Assembly (NCBI GenBank): GCA_020859995.1
Contig: JAJBVE010000120.1
Coordinates: forward strand, 2,121-66,120
Direction of reading: 5' to 3'
From: Clostridiales bacterium
Lineage (GTDB): Bacteria > Bacillota > Clostridia > Lachnospirales > Lachnospiraceae
DNA length: 64,000 nucleotides
In this document: piece by piece, positions 24,910 through 34,585 of the stretch
How the letters are laid out: each line of letters opens with the position of its first letter
Position numbering within the stretch: position 1 is the stretch's first letter
Notes under the pieces: generated by a model
Told to the model about the DNA's origin: nothing
The model's database searches: none
What the model saw: only the letters and a program-made list of their open reading frames with translations
Position numbers and translations under genes: made by a program

Positions 24910-25347
24910 ATGGATATCGAATTATTGAGAAAAGATATGGTGGCCGCGATGAAGGCAAAGGACAAGGCGCGCAAGGAAGCAATCTCGTCCCTGGTATCGG
25001 CGGTCAAAAAGGTGGCAATCGATGAGGGCTGCCGCGATGACATCCCGGAAGAGCTGGTGAACCGCGTTATCTTAAAGGAAATGAAGACTGTGAAGGAGCA
25101 GATTGACACCTGCCCCGATTCCCGGGCGGATCTCAAAGCAGAATATCAGTTCCGCTATGATGTGATTTCCGAGTACGCGCCGAAGCTTCTCTCTGCGGAC
25201 GAGGTACGCGCCCTGCTGCAGGAAAAATATGCCGACGTCCTCGCCACGAAAAACAAAGGCCAGATCATGAAGACAGTAATGGCTGAGCTCAAAGGCAAGG
25301 CGGATGGAAAGGTGATCAACCAGGTTGTCGCGGAGCTGTGCCAGTGA
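24910..25347 (+). CDS. yqeY: GatB/YqeY domain protein
   Basis: 145 aa. LRKDMVAAMKAKDKARKEAISSLVSAVKK and the C-terminal KGKADGKVINQVV are typical of YqeY. Confidence 0.8.
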   Translation: MDIELLRKDMVAAMKAKDKARKEAISSLVSAVKKVAIDEGCRDDIPEELVNRVILKEMKTVKEQIDTCPDSRADLKAEYQFRYDVISEYAPKLLSADEVRALLQEKYADVLATKNKGQIMKTVMAELKGKADGKVINQVVAELCQ

Positions 25348-25440
25348 ACAAGGCTTTACGTGATCGGACAGAGGAACACTTTTCACCCCTGTCCGCCTGC
25401 GTGGCCTGTACCTGGCGACAGCGGAGAATTCATTTCGCAG

Positions 25441-25594
25441 CCCTGTGTGAAAATGGCCGGAAGGATTTCTTTCGAGGCCCTGTGCATGAAAACAGCTGGA
25501 AGGATTCCTTTCGAGGCTCTGTGCATGAAAACAGCCGGAAGGATTTCTTTCGAGGCCCTGCGCATAAAAACAGCCAGAGCATTTGCTCTGGCTG
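25441..25594. repeat. About 39-bp x 3.5 tandem repeat
   Basis: Units ccctgtgcatgaaaacagctggaaggattcctttcgagg. The last unit ends in the hairpin cagccagagc/gctctggctg. Confidence 0.85.
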
Positions 25595-25818
25595 AGAAAC
25601 TATGGAGCAGCGAAAAAATAACATTTATCTGATGCTGTTTGTGAGTATTTTTTCTGTTAAAAAGGGAGGGCCGGGATCTTTACGATCCCGGCGAGTATGA
25701 AAAAGAAAGATTTTTTAGCACTTCTTATCTGGTGCTGAAAACAGGATACCCCGGCACTGTGATAGAAAAGTGAACGCTATTTGAAAAAAATGTGAAAATA
25801 AAATCAGATTCAATCAAA

Positions 25819-25854
25819 ATAAGCCCCTGATCCGCGTCTGAATCAGGGGCTTAT
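25819..25854 (-). terminator. Rho-independent terminator downstream of tRNA-Ser
   Basis: 13-bp stem ataagcccctgat / atcaggggcttat. A T-run (TTTTGATTG) follows on the minus strand. Confidence 0.65.
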
Positions 25855-25866
25855 ACAAATATATAG

Positions 25867-25953
25867 CGGAGAGTGTGGGATTCGAACCCACGTGCCCAAA
25901 AAGGACAACCGCATTTCGAGTGCGGCTCGTTATGACCACTTCGATAACTCTCC
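25867..25953 (-). tRNA. tRNA-Ser (anticodon CGA), type II with long variable arm
   Basis: The reverse complement folds by hand into a cloverleaf: acceptor GGAGAGT/ACTCTCC, anticodon stem CCGCA/TGCGG with loop CTCGAAA, long variable arm, T-arm GTGGG-TTCGAAT-CCCAC, discriminator G. No encoded CCA. Confidence 0.85.
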
Positions 25954-26195
25954 TCGTCGCACTGACTCATTATAAAACACCAAAGGAAATCCGTCAATCA
26001 TTTCTTTGCTGTAATTTTCACCGTATTTTTGCCGTTTAGCTGAAAAACTGACCGTTTAACTGGAAAGCATTGATTTTTAAAAGGGATATGTTAAAATCAA
26101 AAAAACTTATAGATCATATAATACATCAACCATTGAGGATGGTAATGAAGAAGGGGAATGTATTAAAGAAGGGTAGTAAAGAAAGGAGAGTATCT

Positions 26196-29100
26196 ATGAA
26201 AAAGAGGAACAGGATCAGCCGTATTCTGGCTATGGTATTGACGATGTCCATGATTTTCCAGCAGGTGGGCATTACTACCTATGCGGATGATGGTTCGAAC
26301 AGCGGCATCGCCGCGATTTCCGCGGAGCAGACAGAAAGTGCTGCGTCACTGGATACTGCGGCGAATGAAACTTCCGCTTCTGTGACAGAAACGCAGGCCG
26401 AAGCTGGCACAGCGGAGACGCAGGAAGAGGCAAGTGCCGCGGCGGAGACGCAGGAAGAAACAAGCGCGCCGGCGGAGACACAGGAAGAGACGAGTGCCCC
26501 GGCGGAGACACAGGAAGAGACAAGCGCACCGGCGGAGACACAGGAAGAGACGAGTGCCCCGGCGGAGGCACAGGAAGAGACAAGTGCACCGGCGGAGACG
26601 CAGGACGAAACGAACGCTGCTGCTGAAAGCGGCGACGATGCAGCTGCTTCTGGCGAGAGCGCGGCAGGCGATGCAGCCGGATTGACTGATGGCACCGCGG
26701 CTGAACCTGAGACGGCAGACACTATAGCAGACGGCGAGGGAGAGACGACTCCGGATGCTGCTGACGTATCTGGCGAAACGGCCGAGAACGGCGAAGCTGC
26801 AGGGGATGGCGAGTTGCGGCAGGCTTCTGATGAAAACGCGGCTGAAGCTGAGACCCTGGCGGATTCCGAATCAGATGCGGATATGACGCAGGCGTCAGAC
26901 GGAACGGCAGCGGACGGGACAGAAGCAGAAACCGATGCTGAGTCAGAAGTGGGAGCAGAGACGGAATCGGAGACCGAAACCGAGACTGAGACTGAAACCG
27001 AGACGGAAACGGAAACCGAGACCGAAACTGAGACGGAAACAGAGACGGAAGAAGAGCGCGTGCTCACGACCTACACTTATGAGGATTCTAAGATTTCCGT
27101 GACGGCGAAACTCCAGTACGCGGAGGCGGTGCCGGACAATGCTGAGCTTCGGGTGACGGCAGTGACTGCGTCGACAAGCGGCTACAATTATGACGCTTAT
27201 ATGCAGGCGCTGAATGACAACGCTGACAGCATCCTTACAGAGTCAGCCAGACTGTCCGGATCAAACGAGGATCTCTTTACCTCTGAGAATACGCTGCTCT
27301 ACGATGTGGCGTTCATCGTTCCGAAGACGGATGAAAACGGCGATGAGATCCCGGGCGAGGAAGTGGAATATCAGCCGGAGACAGGCTCTGTAAAGATTAC
27401 GATTACATTTAAGAAAAATCAGCTTTCCAATACGCTGGAAGCAGAATCCGCGAGCGATGTGACGGTGGTTCACCTCCCGCTGGATTCCGACATCAAGGAG
27501 TCGGTAGACACTACGGCGGAAGCGACGAATATTTCCTCTTCGAATGTTAATATTGAAGTAGTGGACGCGAGCGTGTCCCTGAAGGGCACAGACAAGGCGA
27601 CATTCAGCCTGGATGATCTGTCGCTCGTGGCAGTGACGCCGAGCGCGATCACAGAGCTTGGGGTTGGAAAAACCTATACCTATTCCGAGATCCTGGGCAA
27701 TGCGATTTACTATGGTATTGTGACAGGTACCTTCCATCAGACAGGCCACATCGATACAAACTTTGCGACCAAGCTGTTCACTGGCGGCAGCGGAAATGGG
27801 ATTACGGTCGGCAAGTACACCGGAACCAATGCCGGTACGGTGGTGATTGCGGATACAGACTCGACAGCAAATGCGATTATCGGTACGCAGTCCTCCAATA
27901 TGGTGACGCAGCTCTGGACGACACAGGACGCGCTTGATCACGCAATCGCTCTGGCGCTTTCCGCGACTGCGCTCCAGGCAGGGGGTGAGGTGATTTCTAC
28001 CTTTACCGTCGCGGAACTGAACGCTTACGTGCAGTCGATGCTGAATCATTGCGCATCTATTTCACTGACACTTGGAAATATATCGTCTTATACCTATACG
28101 GTAAGCGGAGGCAGATTGGATATAGATATTTCCGCTCTTGATGACGGTACTTACTATATCAATGGCGACAGTCTGGCAAGTGTTTCGGAAGGTCAGCTTT
28201 ACATTAAGAAAAAGGCCACTCAGACGATCGTATTCAATTTCTATGATTCAGATGTGACTCTGACACGTTTTAACATCGATAATGGTTCGGGCTCTGTACA
28301 GAGTAATACATTGATCTCACCTTCCAGCGGGGACGCGGATTTAGCCAAGTCGGTTGCGGAAACGATTATCTTCAATATGCCGAATGCGGATAAGGTAAGC
28401 CTTAGTGAGATTGTGGGTATTGTGCTTGCGCCGGAGGCGGCAGTAACGATAAAAGGTACTTCCGGCGGCTGGCTGGTTTCGGACAGCATCAAGGAGACGG
28501 GCGGCGAGTGGCACAACATCTGGACGGATATGCCGACTGTGGCAGAGATTCCGGCACCGGCGCAGCTGATAGCGTCTAAGACGGTAAACGGAGCGACTCC
28601 GGAGACTACCGACGACACCTTTAGCTTTGCGCTTTATACCTGGGATAACGGAACGGGCGCGTGGTCTCAGAGTCCGACACAGACCGTGACCAACAGTGGT
28701 TCGGTGGTATCGTTCCAGACGCTTTCTTATTCAGATAAGGGAGAATATTTTTATAAGATCGTCGAACAGGCCGGGACCGGAGAGTATGAATATGATAATA
28801 CCATTTATGTCGCGAAGGTGACGGTGGATTCTACCACCTCAACCAATTCTTCTGGTTCTGCTACGACTACTTATTTTGTATCTTCCGTCGAATATTACGA
28901 GTGGACCGGGGATGAAAGCAGCGGCGATACCCTGGATCCTACGGAACTGGCGACAGGCGGCACACCTTCTTCCCTGTTTACACCAGTGACGACCGCATCG
29001 TTTGACAACACGCGCAAGCAGGATGGGCAGCTGACGATCACCAAGGCGGTGGCGGACACCAGCGAGAATGGCAAGAAGGGATATACACTTGATAAGGAAT

Positions 29101-32100
29101 TTTCATTTGAGATAACCATTGGGACGATCAAGGGCGATTACAGTGCCGAGATCACGACCGTTACGACCAGGGCGGATGGTTCCACCAGCACGGCCACGGA
29201 CAGCACCCAGAAGGTGCATTTCGCACAGGGCGTTGCCTCGATTATTTTAAAAGCCGGTCAGACGATCACAATCAAAGGCCTTCCGGAAAATGAGACTTAC
29301 AGCGTGGTGGAGATCGCGGATGCGGATTATACAACGAAAGTCAGGGTAACATCCGGTATGACCACCGGGACAGATAAGGATTCTTACGCGGCGTCCGGTA
29401 CGATTACCAAAGATGGAGATACCGTTACCTACACGAACACCCGCAGCGTAGGCAGCCTTGTACTGAAAAAGACGACGACAGGCGCGGCCACACCGGCAGG
29501 AACGCTCTTTACGGTGTATGACAGCCAGAACAGAGAGATTGCGTCGGTTACGTATTCACAGTTTACCAACGGCACCTATACGATTGATAACCTGGCGCTC
29601 GGCAGCTATACCGTCAAAGAGACCGGAGCGGCGGTTACGGATTATACGCTCAATGTGACAGGCACCAGCACGGCAACCCTGCTGCAGAGCGGAGATACGG
29701 AGACCTACCAGATCACGAACACCTACACGAAGGATGAAGGCGGTCTGACGGTTATCAAGACACACGCGGCTGACTCGGACGCGACAACGCCGGACGATAC
29801 GGTATTCAAGGTTTATAAGATAGAGACCGTAAACGGCGCGGAGACAGAAGTTTATGTAGATCAGGTGACATACAGTGATGTCAAGACAATCGGATCTTAT
29901 ACGTTCACTGGTCTTGAGACTGGCACCTACCGGGTGTATGAGATTGGCGCCAATATTACCGGCTATACGCTGTCAGTTACGAATGGCAGTAATACCGCTT
30001 TGCCGTCCGGAACGACGGTCGACAGCGAGACAGGCGTTTATACGGACGCGTCTGTGACGAAGGAACAGTCAGCTACAGTGACTTTTGAAAATGATTATAA
30101 CCGCGAGACGGGCAGTCTGAAGCTGACGAAAGAGACTATTACCTATAAGCTGGTCGAAAAGACTGATGCCGCGACCGGCACAACCACCTGGGTTGCGGAA
30201 AAAGTTACGGATGAGAGTGAAATGCTTTCTACCCCGGCTACGACCGTATTCACGATCAAGAGTGCGGATGGCACTTATGAGACAGAGGTGACGTACAGCA
30301 GCTTTATCAATGGTTCCTATACACTGAACGATCTCCCGATCGGGACCTATACTGTGACGGAAAAAGGCGCGGAACTGAACGGCTATACACTGGATGTAAC
30401 TGCCGACGGGACAGCGACCGTCACATCCGGGAGCACTGCGGCAGAATACAAGATTACCAATACCTATACAGAGAAGCACGGGAGCACGCTGAAGGTTTGG
30501 AAGAATACGGTCAGCGGCACGACGCCGGATGATACGCTCTTTACGGTATATCAGATCGTAGAAGCGGAAGAAACCGCGGCAGACGGAACGGTTTCTACTG
30601 TGAAAAAAGAGGTTGAGATTGCCAGCAGATATTACTATCAGTTTAAGGAGCTGGGTTATTTCGAAATCACAAATCTCTCAAAGGGTACCTATATCGTAAA
30701 AGAGACGAACGCGGACGTGGATGGTTATACGCTGCTGGAAGTTTCTGATGCTGACGCAACGATAGACTATGATGAAGGCGATACCGCGGATGTGACCATC
30801 ACCAATGAGTATACCCGCGATACAGGCAGCCTGAAGCTGACGAAAGTGACGACCGGAAACGCGACGCCGGACAGCGCGACCTTTGTCGTGAGAGATTCTT
30901 CCGGAGCCGTAGTCGAAGAAATTCCGTACAGCGATTTTACAAACGGAACCTATACGATCAGCAATCTCCCGACCGGTACTTACACCGTGACAGAGAACTA
31001 TGGCACTGTGGCGGGCTTCACCTGGACTTACGTGGTGGACTATGGTGCAGAAACGGACGCGAATGGAACAGTGACAGCTCTTGCATCTGCTGCTGTGACT
31101 AATGGCGGCACCGCGGAAGTGACCATTACAAATACGTACACACCGGAGACGACAGCTGTCTATGTGACGAAGACCTGGGAGGATAACGCAAACCTCTGCG
31201 GCACCCGCCCGGAGAGCATTACGATAAATCTTTACGCAGACGGCGCGCTTAAGGAAAGCAGAACCGTGACGGCAGACGCGGCTGGCGGCTGGAGCTGCGA
31301 GTTTACGGAGCTACCGAAATACAGCTATGATGAAGCAACGAGTACGTCATCCGAGATTGTTTATACAGTGACAGAGGATGCGGTGAAGCTGTATGATCTG
31401 ACTGAAACGACTGGCAATGGGACATCAAATGTGACTCTGGTTAATACCCTTCAGACAGGCAGCCTGACTGTGACCAAGACGGTAGCTGGCAGCGTGGTTG
31501 ACACCGAGAAGGCATTTTCATTCACAGTGACCCTGAGCAATACGGCAGTCAGCGGCACCTTTGGCGGCATGACATTTGAAAATGGCGTGGCGACGTTTAC
31601 GCTGAAACACGGCGAAAGCAAGACGGCGACGGGTCTTCCGGCAGAAACTACCTACACGGTGACGGAGGAATCCTATACGGCGGATGGCTATGTAACTACT
31701 TCAAGCGGAACAACGGGCACCATTGCCGCGGAGGAAGAGCAGACCGCAGCGTTTACCAACACGATTACTTCTGTGACGATTAAGAAAGTGGATATCGTGA
31801 CAGAGGAGGAACTCCCGGGCGCGACCATTCAGATCCTGGACGAAGACGGAAATGTGGTGGAAGAATGGACCTCCACGACGGAAGCGCACGAAGTGACCGG
31901 CCTGGTACCGGGCGAAACCTATACACTCCGTGAGACCGTAGCTCCGGACGGCTATGACATTACGACAGATACTACATTCGTACTGAACGAGGATGGTACG
32001 ATCAATACAGAAAAGACCACTACGACGACCAGCGCGGACGGCGTGCTGCTGGTGGAGGATTCCATGAGTAAGAGCGAGGATGCCTCGATCTCCATCACGA

Positions 32101-33095
32101 AGGAACTGCTCTATGTGGGCGAGAGCGACCCGGTCGCGATCAACGCAGTGGACCAGACCTTCTACGTGGCACTCTATTATGATGAGGAATGCACACAGAT
32201 TGCTTCCGAAGTAAAGGCAATCCATTTCCAGAACGCATCCTCAGGGACAGCTACTTTTACCAACATTGAAGTTGGCAGAACCTATTACATTGGCGAGTGT
32301 GATGAAGACGGGACGGCCCAGCTTGCAGGATTCTATGACGGCAACGGCAACCTCTGCTTCGCGAACTTTGAGACCGACGGTAATGTAGTAGTCGTGGAAG
32401 AAGAAGACGGCAGTGAGACCATCTACTTCGCGAACGAATTTTACACCATGCCGACAGGCTATTCCTGGGAAGGCGAGCTGACGATCACGAAGAAGGTCCT
32501 TGACCCGGATGGTGAGGCGCTTGAAACGAACTCCACATTCTATGCAGGAATCTTTACGGACGCGGCATTCACGAATCTGGCTACGACGGACGATGGAGTG
32601 TCTGAGAGCATCGTGGCGATCACTCTGGACGGTACTTCTGAAGCAAGCACTGTTGTGAAGGTAGGCGCTGCGGTTGGCACGACCATCACACTCTATGTGA
32701 CAGAGACTGACGAAAACGGCGTTCCGGTGAAATCCGGTTCCGACGACTTCTTCTATGAGGTGGCTGTCACCGGTTCAGAAGTGGTATTAACTGAGAGCAG
32801 CTACAATGCGGAAGTGACCATTACGAACCAGGAGATCCTCGAGGAAGAAGAAGAGACGGAAGAGGAGACTGAGACGGAAACAGAGACCGAAACGGAAACA
32901 GAGACCGAAACAGAATCCGAGACCGAGACCGAAACGGAAAAAGCAACGGAAACAGAGACAGAAACGGAGACAGAGGCGAACGCGGTACAGACAGGCGACG
33001 AAACCCCGCTTTTGCCATATGCGATGGCAATGCTTCTGGCAGCGATGGTGCTGCTGGCCGGACTCGTGGAAAGAAAAAGACGGGCAGACCGATAA
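26196..33095 (+). CDS. Giant cell-wall-anchored adhesin (2,299 aa) with VQTGD-type sorting signal
   Basis: ATG at 26196 follows RBS gaaaggagag. Signal peptide. AETQEETSAP x7 and ETET tracts. A region resembling a choice-of-anchor-A / beta-helix domain (IIFNMPNADKVSL..GIVLAPEAAVTIKGTSGGWLV..GGEWHN). Many SpaA/Cna-B-like modules (YTVKETGA, YTVTEKGA, YTLRETVAPDGY, TKTWEDNANLCGTRPESITINLYADG). C-terminal NAVQTGDETPLLPYAMAMLLAAMVLLAGLVERKRRADR. Confidence 0.85.
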   Translation: MKKRNRISRILAMVLTMSMIFQQVGITTYADDGSNSGIAAISAEQTESAASLDTAANETSASVTETQAEAGTAETQEEASAAAETQEETSAPAETQEETSAPAETQEETSAPAETQEETSAPAEAQEETSAPAETQDETNAAAESGDDAAASGESAAGDAAGLTDGTAAEPETADTIADGEGETTPDAADVSGETAENGEAAGDGELRQASDENAAEAETLADSESDADMTQASDGTAADGTEAETDAESEVGAETESETETETETETETETETETETETETETEEERVLTTYTYEDSKISVTAKLQYAEAVPDNAELRVTAVTASTSGYNYDAYMQALNDNADSILTESARLSGSNEDLFTSENTLLYDVAFIVPKTDENGDEIPGEEVEYQPETGSVKITITFKKNQLSNTLEAESASDVTVVHLPLDSDIKESVDTTAEATNISSSNVNIEVVDASVSLKGTDKATFSLDDLSLVAVTPSAITELGVGKTYTYSEILGNAIYYGIVTGTFHQTGHIDTNFATKLFTGGSGNGITVGKYTGTNAGTVVIADTDSTANAIIGTQSSNMVTQLWTTQDALDHAIALALSATALQAGGEVISTFTVAELNAYVQSMLNHCASISLTLGNISSYTYTVSGGRLDIDISALDDGTYYINGDSLASVSEGQLYIKKKATQTIVFNFYDSDVTLTRFNIDNGSGSVQSNTLISPSSGDADLAKSVAETIIFNMPNADKVSLSEIVGIVLAPEAAVTIKGTSGGWLVSDSIKETGGEWHNIWTDMPTVAEIPAPAQLIASKTVNGATPETTDDTFSFALYTWDNGTGAWSQSPTQTVTNSGSVVSFQTLSYSDKGEYFYKIVEQAGTGEYEYDNTIYVAKVTVDSTTSTNSSGSATTTYFVSSVEYYEWTGDESSGDTLDPTELATGGTPSSLFTPVTTASFDNTRKQDGQLTITKAVADTSENGKKGYTLDKEFSFEITIGTIKGDYSAEITTVTTRADGSTSTATDSTQKVHFAQGVASIILKAGQTITIKGLPENETYSVVEIADADYTTKVRVTSGMTTGTDKDSYAASGTITKDGDTVTYTNTRSVGSLVLKKTTTGAATPAGTLFTVYDSQNREIASVTYSQFTNGTYTIDNLALGSYTVKETGAAVTDYTLNVTGTSTATLLQSGDTETYQITNTYTKDEGGLTVIKTHAADSDATTPDDTVFKVYKIETVNGAETEVYVDQVTYSDVKTIGSYTFTGLETGTYRVYEIGANITGYTLSVTNGSNTALPSGTTVDSETGVYTDASVTKEQSATVTFENDYNRETGSLKLTKETITYKLVEKTDAATGTTTWVAEKVTDESEMLSTPATTVFTIKSADGTYETEVTYSSFINGSYTLNDLPIGTYTVTEKGAELNGYTLDVTADGTATVTSGSTAAEYKITNTYTEKHGSTLKVWKNTVSGTTPDDTLFTVYQIVEAEETAADGTVSTVKKEVEIASRYYYQFKELGYFEITNLSKGTYIVKETNADVDGYTLLEVSDADATIDYDEGDTADVTITNEYTRDTGSLKLTKVTTGNATPDSATFVVRDSSGAVVEEIPYSDFTNGTYTISNLPTGTYTVTENYGTVAGFTWTYVVDYGAETDANGTVTALASAAVTNGGTAEVTITNTYTPETTAVYVTKTWEDNANLCGTRPESITINLYADGALKESRTVTADAAGGWSCEFTELPKYSYDEATSTSSEIVYTVTEDAVKLYDLTETTGNGTSNVTLVNTLQTGSLTVTKTVAGSVVDTEKAFSFTVTLSNTAVSGTFGGMTFENGVATFTLKHGESKTATGLPAETTYTVTEESYTADGYVTTSSGTTGTIAAEEEQTAAFTNTITSVTIKKVDIVTEEELPGATIQILDEDGNVVEEWTSTTEAHEVTGLVPGETYTLRETVAPDGYDITTDTTFVLNEDGTINTEKTTTTTSADGVLLVEDSMSKSEDASISITKELLYVGESDPVAINAVDQTFYVALYYDEECTQIASEVKAIHFQNASSGTATFTNIEVGRTYYIGECDEDGTAQLAGFYDGNGNLCFANFETDGNVVVVEEEDGSETIYFANEFYTMPTGYSWEGELTITKKVLDPDGEALETNSTFYAGIFTDAAFTNLATTDDGVSESIVAITLDGTSEASTVVKVGAAVGTTITLYVTETDENGVPVKSGSDDFFYEVAVTGSEVVLTESSYNAEVTITNQEILEEEEETEEETETETETETETETETESETETETEKATETETETETEANAVQTGDETPLLPYAMAMLLAAMVLLAGLVERKRRADR
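26412..26621 (+). repeat. 30-bp x 7 in-frame tandem repeat (AETQEE[AT]SAP)
   Basis: Seven head-to-tail units gcggagacRcaggaagaRacRagYgcNccg with only a few substitutions each. Confidence 0.9.
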
Positions 33096-33317
33096 ACGGA
33101 AGCGAGGGATGAAACCGCAAAACCGGAAATGAGGAAGAGCTTCTGAGCAGTAAGATAGCAATAAGATAAAGCGGCAGACGTTATGAATGGCTAAAGGGTT
33201 TATAAGAATGAGGTGAAACCGCGGAAGCCGGAGCCTGCGAAAGGGTTTCTGAAGAAAAACAAAGAAAACCAAGAGAAACCAAAGAAAACAAAACAAAACC
33301 AAACAAAACCAAACGGG

Positions 33318-33366
33318 AAGTCCCGCTGCATCGTTACCGTTCACGTATGCAGCGGGACTTTTGCGG
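33318..33366 (+). terminator. Rho-independent terminator after the giant adhesin gene
   Basis: 14-bp perfect stem aagtcccgctgcat / atgcagcgggactt followed by TTGCGGGTTT. Confidence 0.6.
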
Positions 33367-33470
33367 GTTTGACGCATACGACCGCATAAGGAATGATTCC
33401 GGTTGAAGCCAGGAGCGGCCGGCGCAGGCGAGCAGGAACTGACAAACCGCCTCCTGCTCGATATTCTGCT

Positions 33471-33962
33471 TTACGATGCACAATGCTTTTTAGAGGCCCG
33501 CAGTTCGCGGAAAAATGCGGAGAGCATTGTACTGCATTCTTCTTTGAGAACACCACGTTCGACAAGAACCTGATGATTGAATTCTGACATTTCCAGAAGA
33601 TTCAGGATGGATCCTGCGCATCCGGCCTTAGGATTCATGGCACCGATCACCGCGCGCGTGATACGGGACTGCACAATCGCACCGGCACACATCTGACAGG
33701 GCTCCAGCGTGATATAAATGGTACAGCCCTCCAGCCTCCAGTCGCCGAGAAGTTTGCTGGCGCGGCGGATCGCGATCATTTCCGCGTGCGCGGTGGTGTT
33801 TTTATCTGTGTTGCGCCGGTTATAGCCGCGCGCGATAATCCGGTCTTCATATACAATGACACACCCGATCGGGACCTCGCCAAGCGCGCAGGCTTTTTTT
33901 GCCTGGCGAAGGGCTTCTTTCATGTATTTTTCATCGGTAGTCAAAGGAGATTTCGCGGCCAT
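33471..33962 (-). CDS. tadA: tRNA-specific adenosine deaminase
   Basis: 164 aa from the ATG at 33962 (RBS aaaggagga). HAEMIAI and PCQMCAGA zinc-binding motifs. Confidence 0.9.
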   Translation of the reverse strand: MAAKSPLTTDEKYMKEALRQAKKACALGEVPIGCVIVYEDRIIARGYNRRNTDKNTTAHAEMIAIRRASKLLGDWRLEGCTIYITLEPCQMCAGAIVQSRITRAVIGAMNPKAGCAGSILNLLEMSEFNHQVLVERGVLKEECSTMLSAFFRELRASKKHCAS

Positions 33963-34264
33963 ATGAGATCCTCCTTTCGAGGCAGAAAATATTGGACTTG
34001 CAGGGAAGTTTTGCGAGTACGGACATAAAACAAGGAGAACCGCGCATAAGAGAATCGCTTCGCGATTGGCGCGGTCTTCGTCCATGCTCGCTGCGCGAGT
34101 ACGGACATAAAACAAGACCGCAGTCTGGGAGAAATCTCCATATGCGGTCATAAATAAAATTATGAGAAGAAAACCACTTCTCATAATGCTCCAGAATCTG
34201 GCGATTCTGTCGCTAACTTATCGGTTCCGAGTACGCAAGCGTCCTCTCCTTCCGATAAGTTAAA

Positions 34265-34530
34265 TTCCGTGCGCCTCGCTTTGAACGCCTGCCACAGACG
34301 TTACCCTGACAGTTAACTCGGTCCAGGCTGCCTTACGGCACCCAGGTGGTTCCGCTTAGTGCTGCTCCGTTCCCGACCTGACACGGTTCACGGATGCCTG
34401 CCGCGTAAGACCCAGACGTCAACATCACTTATCAGGGGCAGCTCTGCAACAGCACGCCCTGGGCTCGGCATCACCCCTGCTGTAGCGGATTGCAGGTACA
34501 GGGCACCGCTATCTCCCCGGCTGCACGGAA
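34265..34530 (-). ncRNA. ffs: Signal recognition particle RNA, Bacillus-type large form (scRNA)
   Basis: The minus strand reads GGGGAGAUAGCGGUGCCCUGUACCUGCAAUCCGCUACAGCAGGGG (Alu-domain 5' part as I recall it from B. subtilis scRNA) and GUCAGGUCGGGAACGGAGCAGCA (domain IV motif). The 5' CCGUGC pairs with the 3' GCACGG. Ends are approximate to within about 20 nt. Confidence 0.75.
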
Positions 34531-34556
34531 ATGTGATACCTGATAAACACTTCATC

Positions 34557-34585
34557 AATATAAAGGTTTTGGGCAGATTTGTCAA
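34557..34585 (-). promoter_or_regulatory. Sigma-70-type promoter for SRP RNA
   Basis: On the minus strand: TTGACA (34585-34580), 17-nt spacer, TATATT (34562-34557). It lies about 25 nt upstream of the conserved SRP RNA 5' end. Confidence 0.55.

Noticed and set aside
24801-25594. The tandem repeats at 24801-24890 and 25441-25594 considered as a CRISPR array.
   Set aside because: The units are directly adjacent with no unique spacers, the repeat lengths (15 and ~39 bp) and organisation do not fit, and there are no cas genes.
25867-25953. tRNA-Ser considered as the attachment site of an integrated island containing the giant adhesin or the upstream accessory genes.
   Set aside because: I could not find a partial duplicate of the tRNA 3' end elsewhere in the window, and there is no integrase. 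The adhesin lies on the 5' side of the tRNA. A computational scan for the 3' half of the tRNA would settle this.
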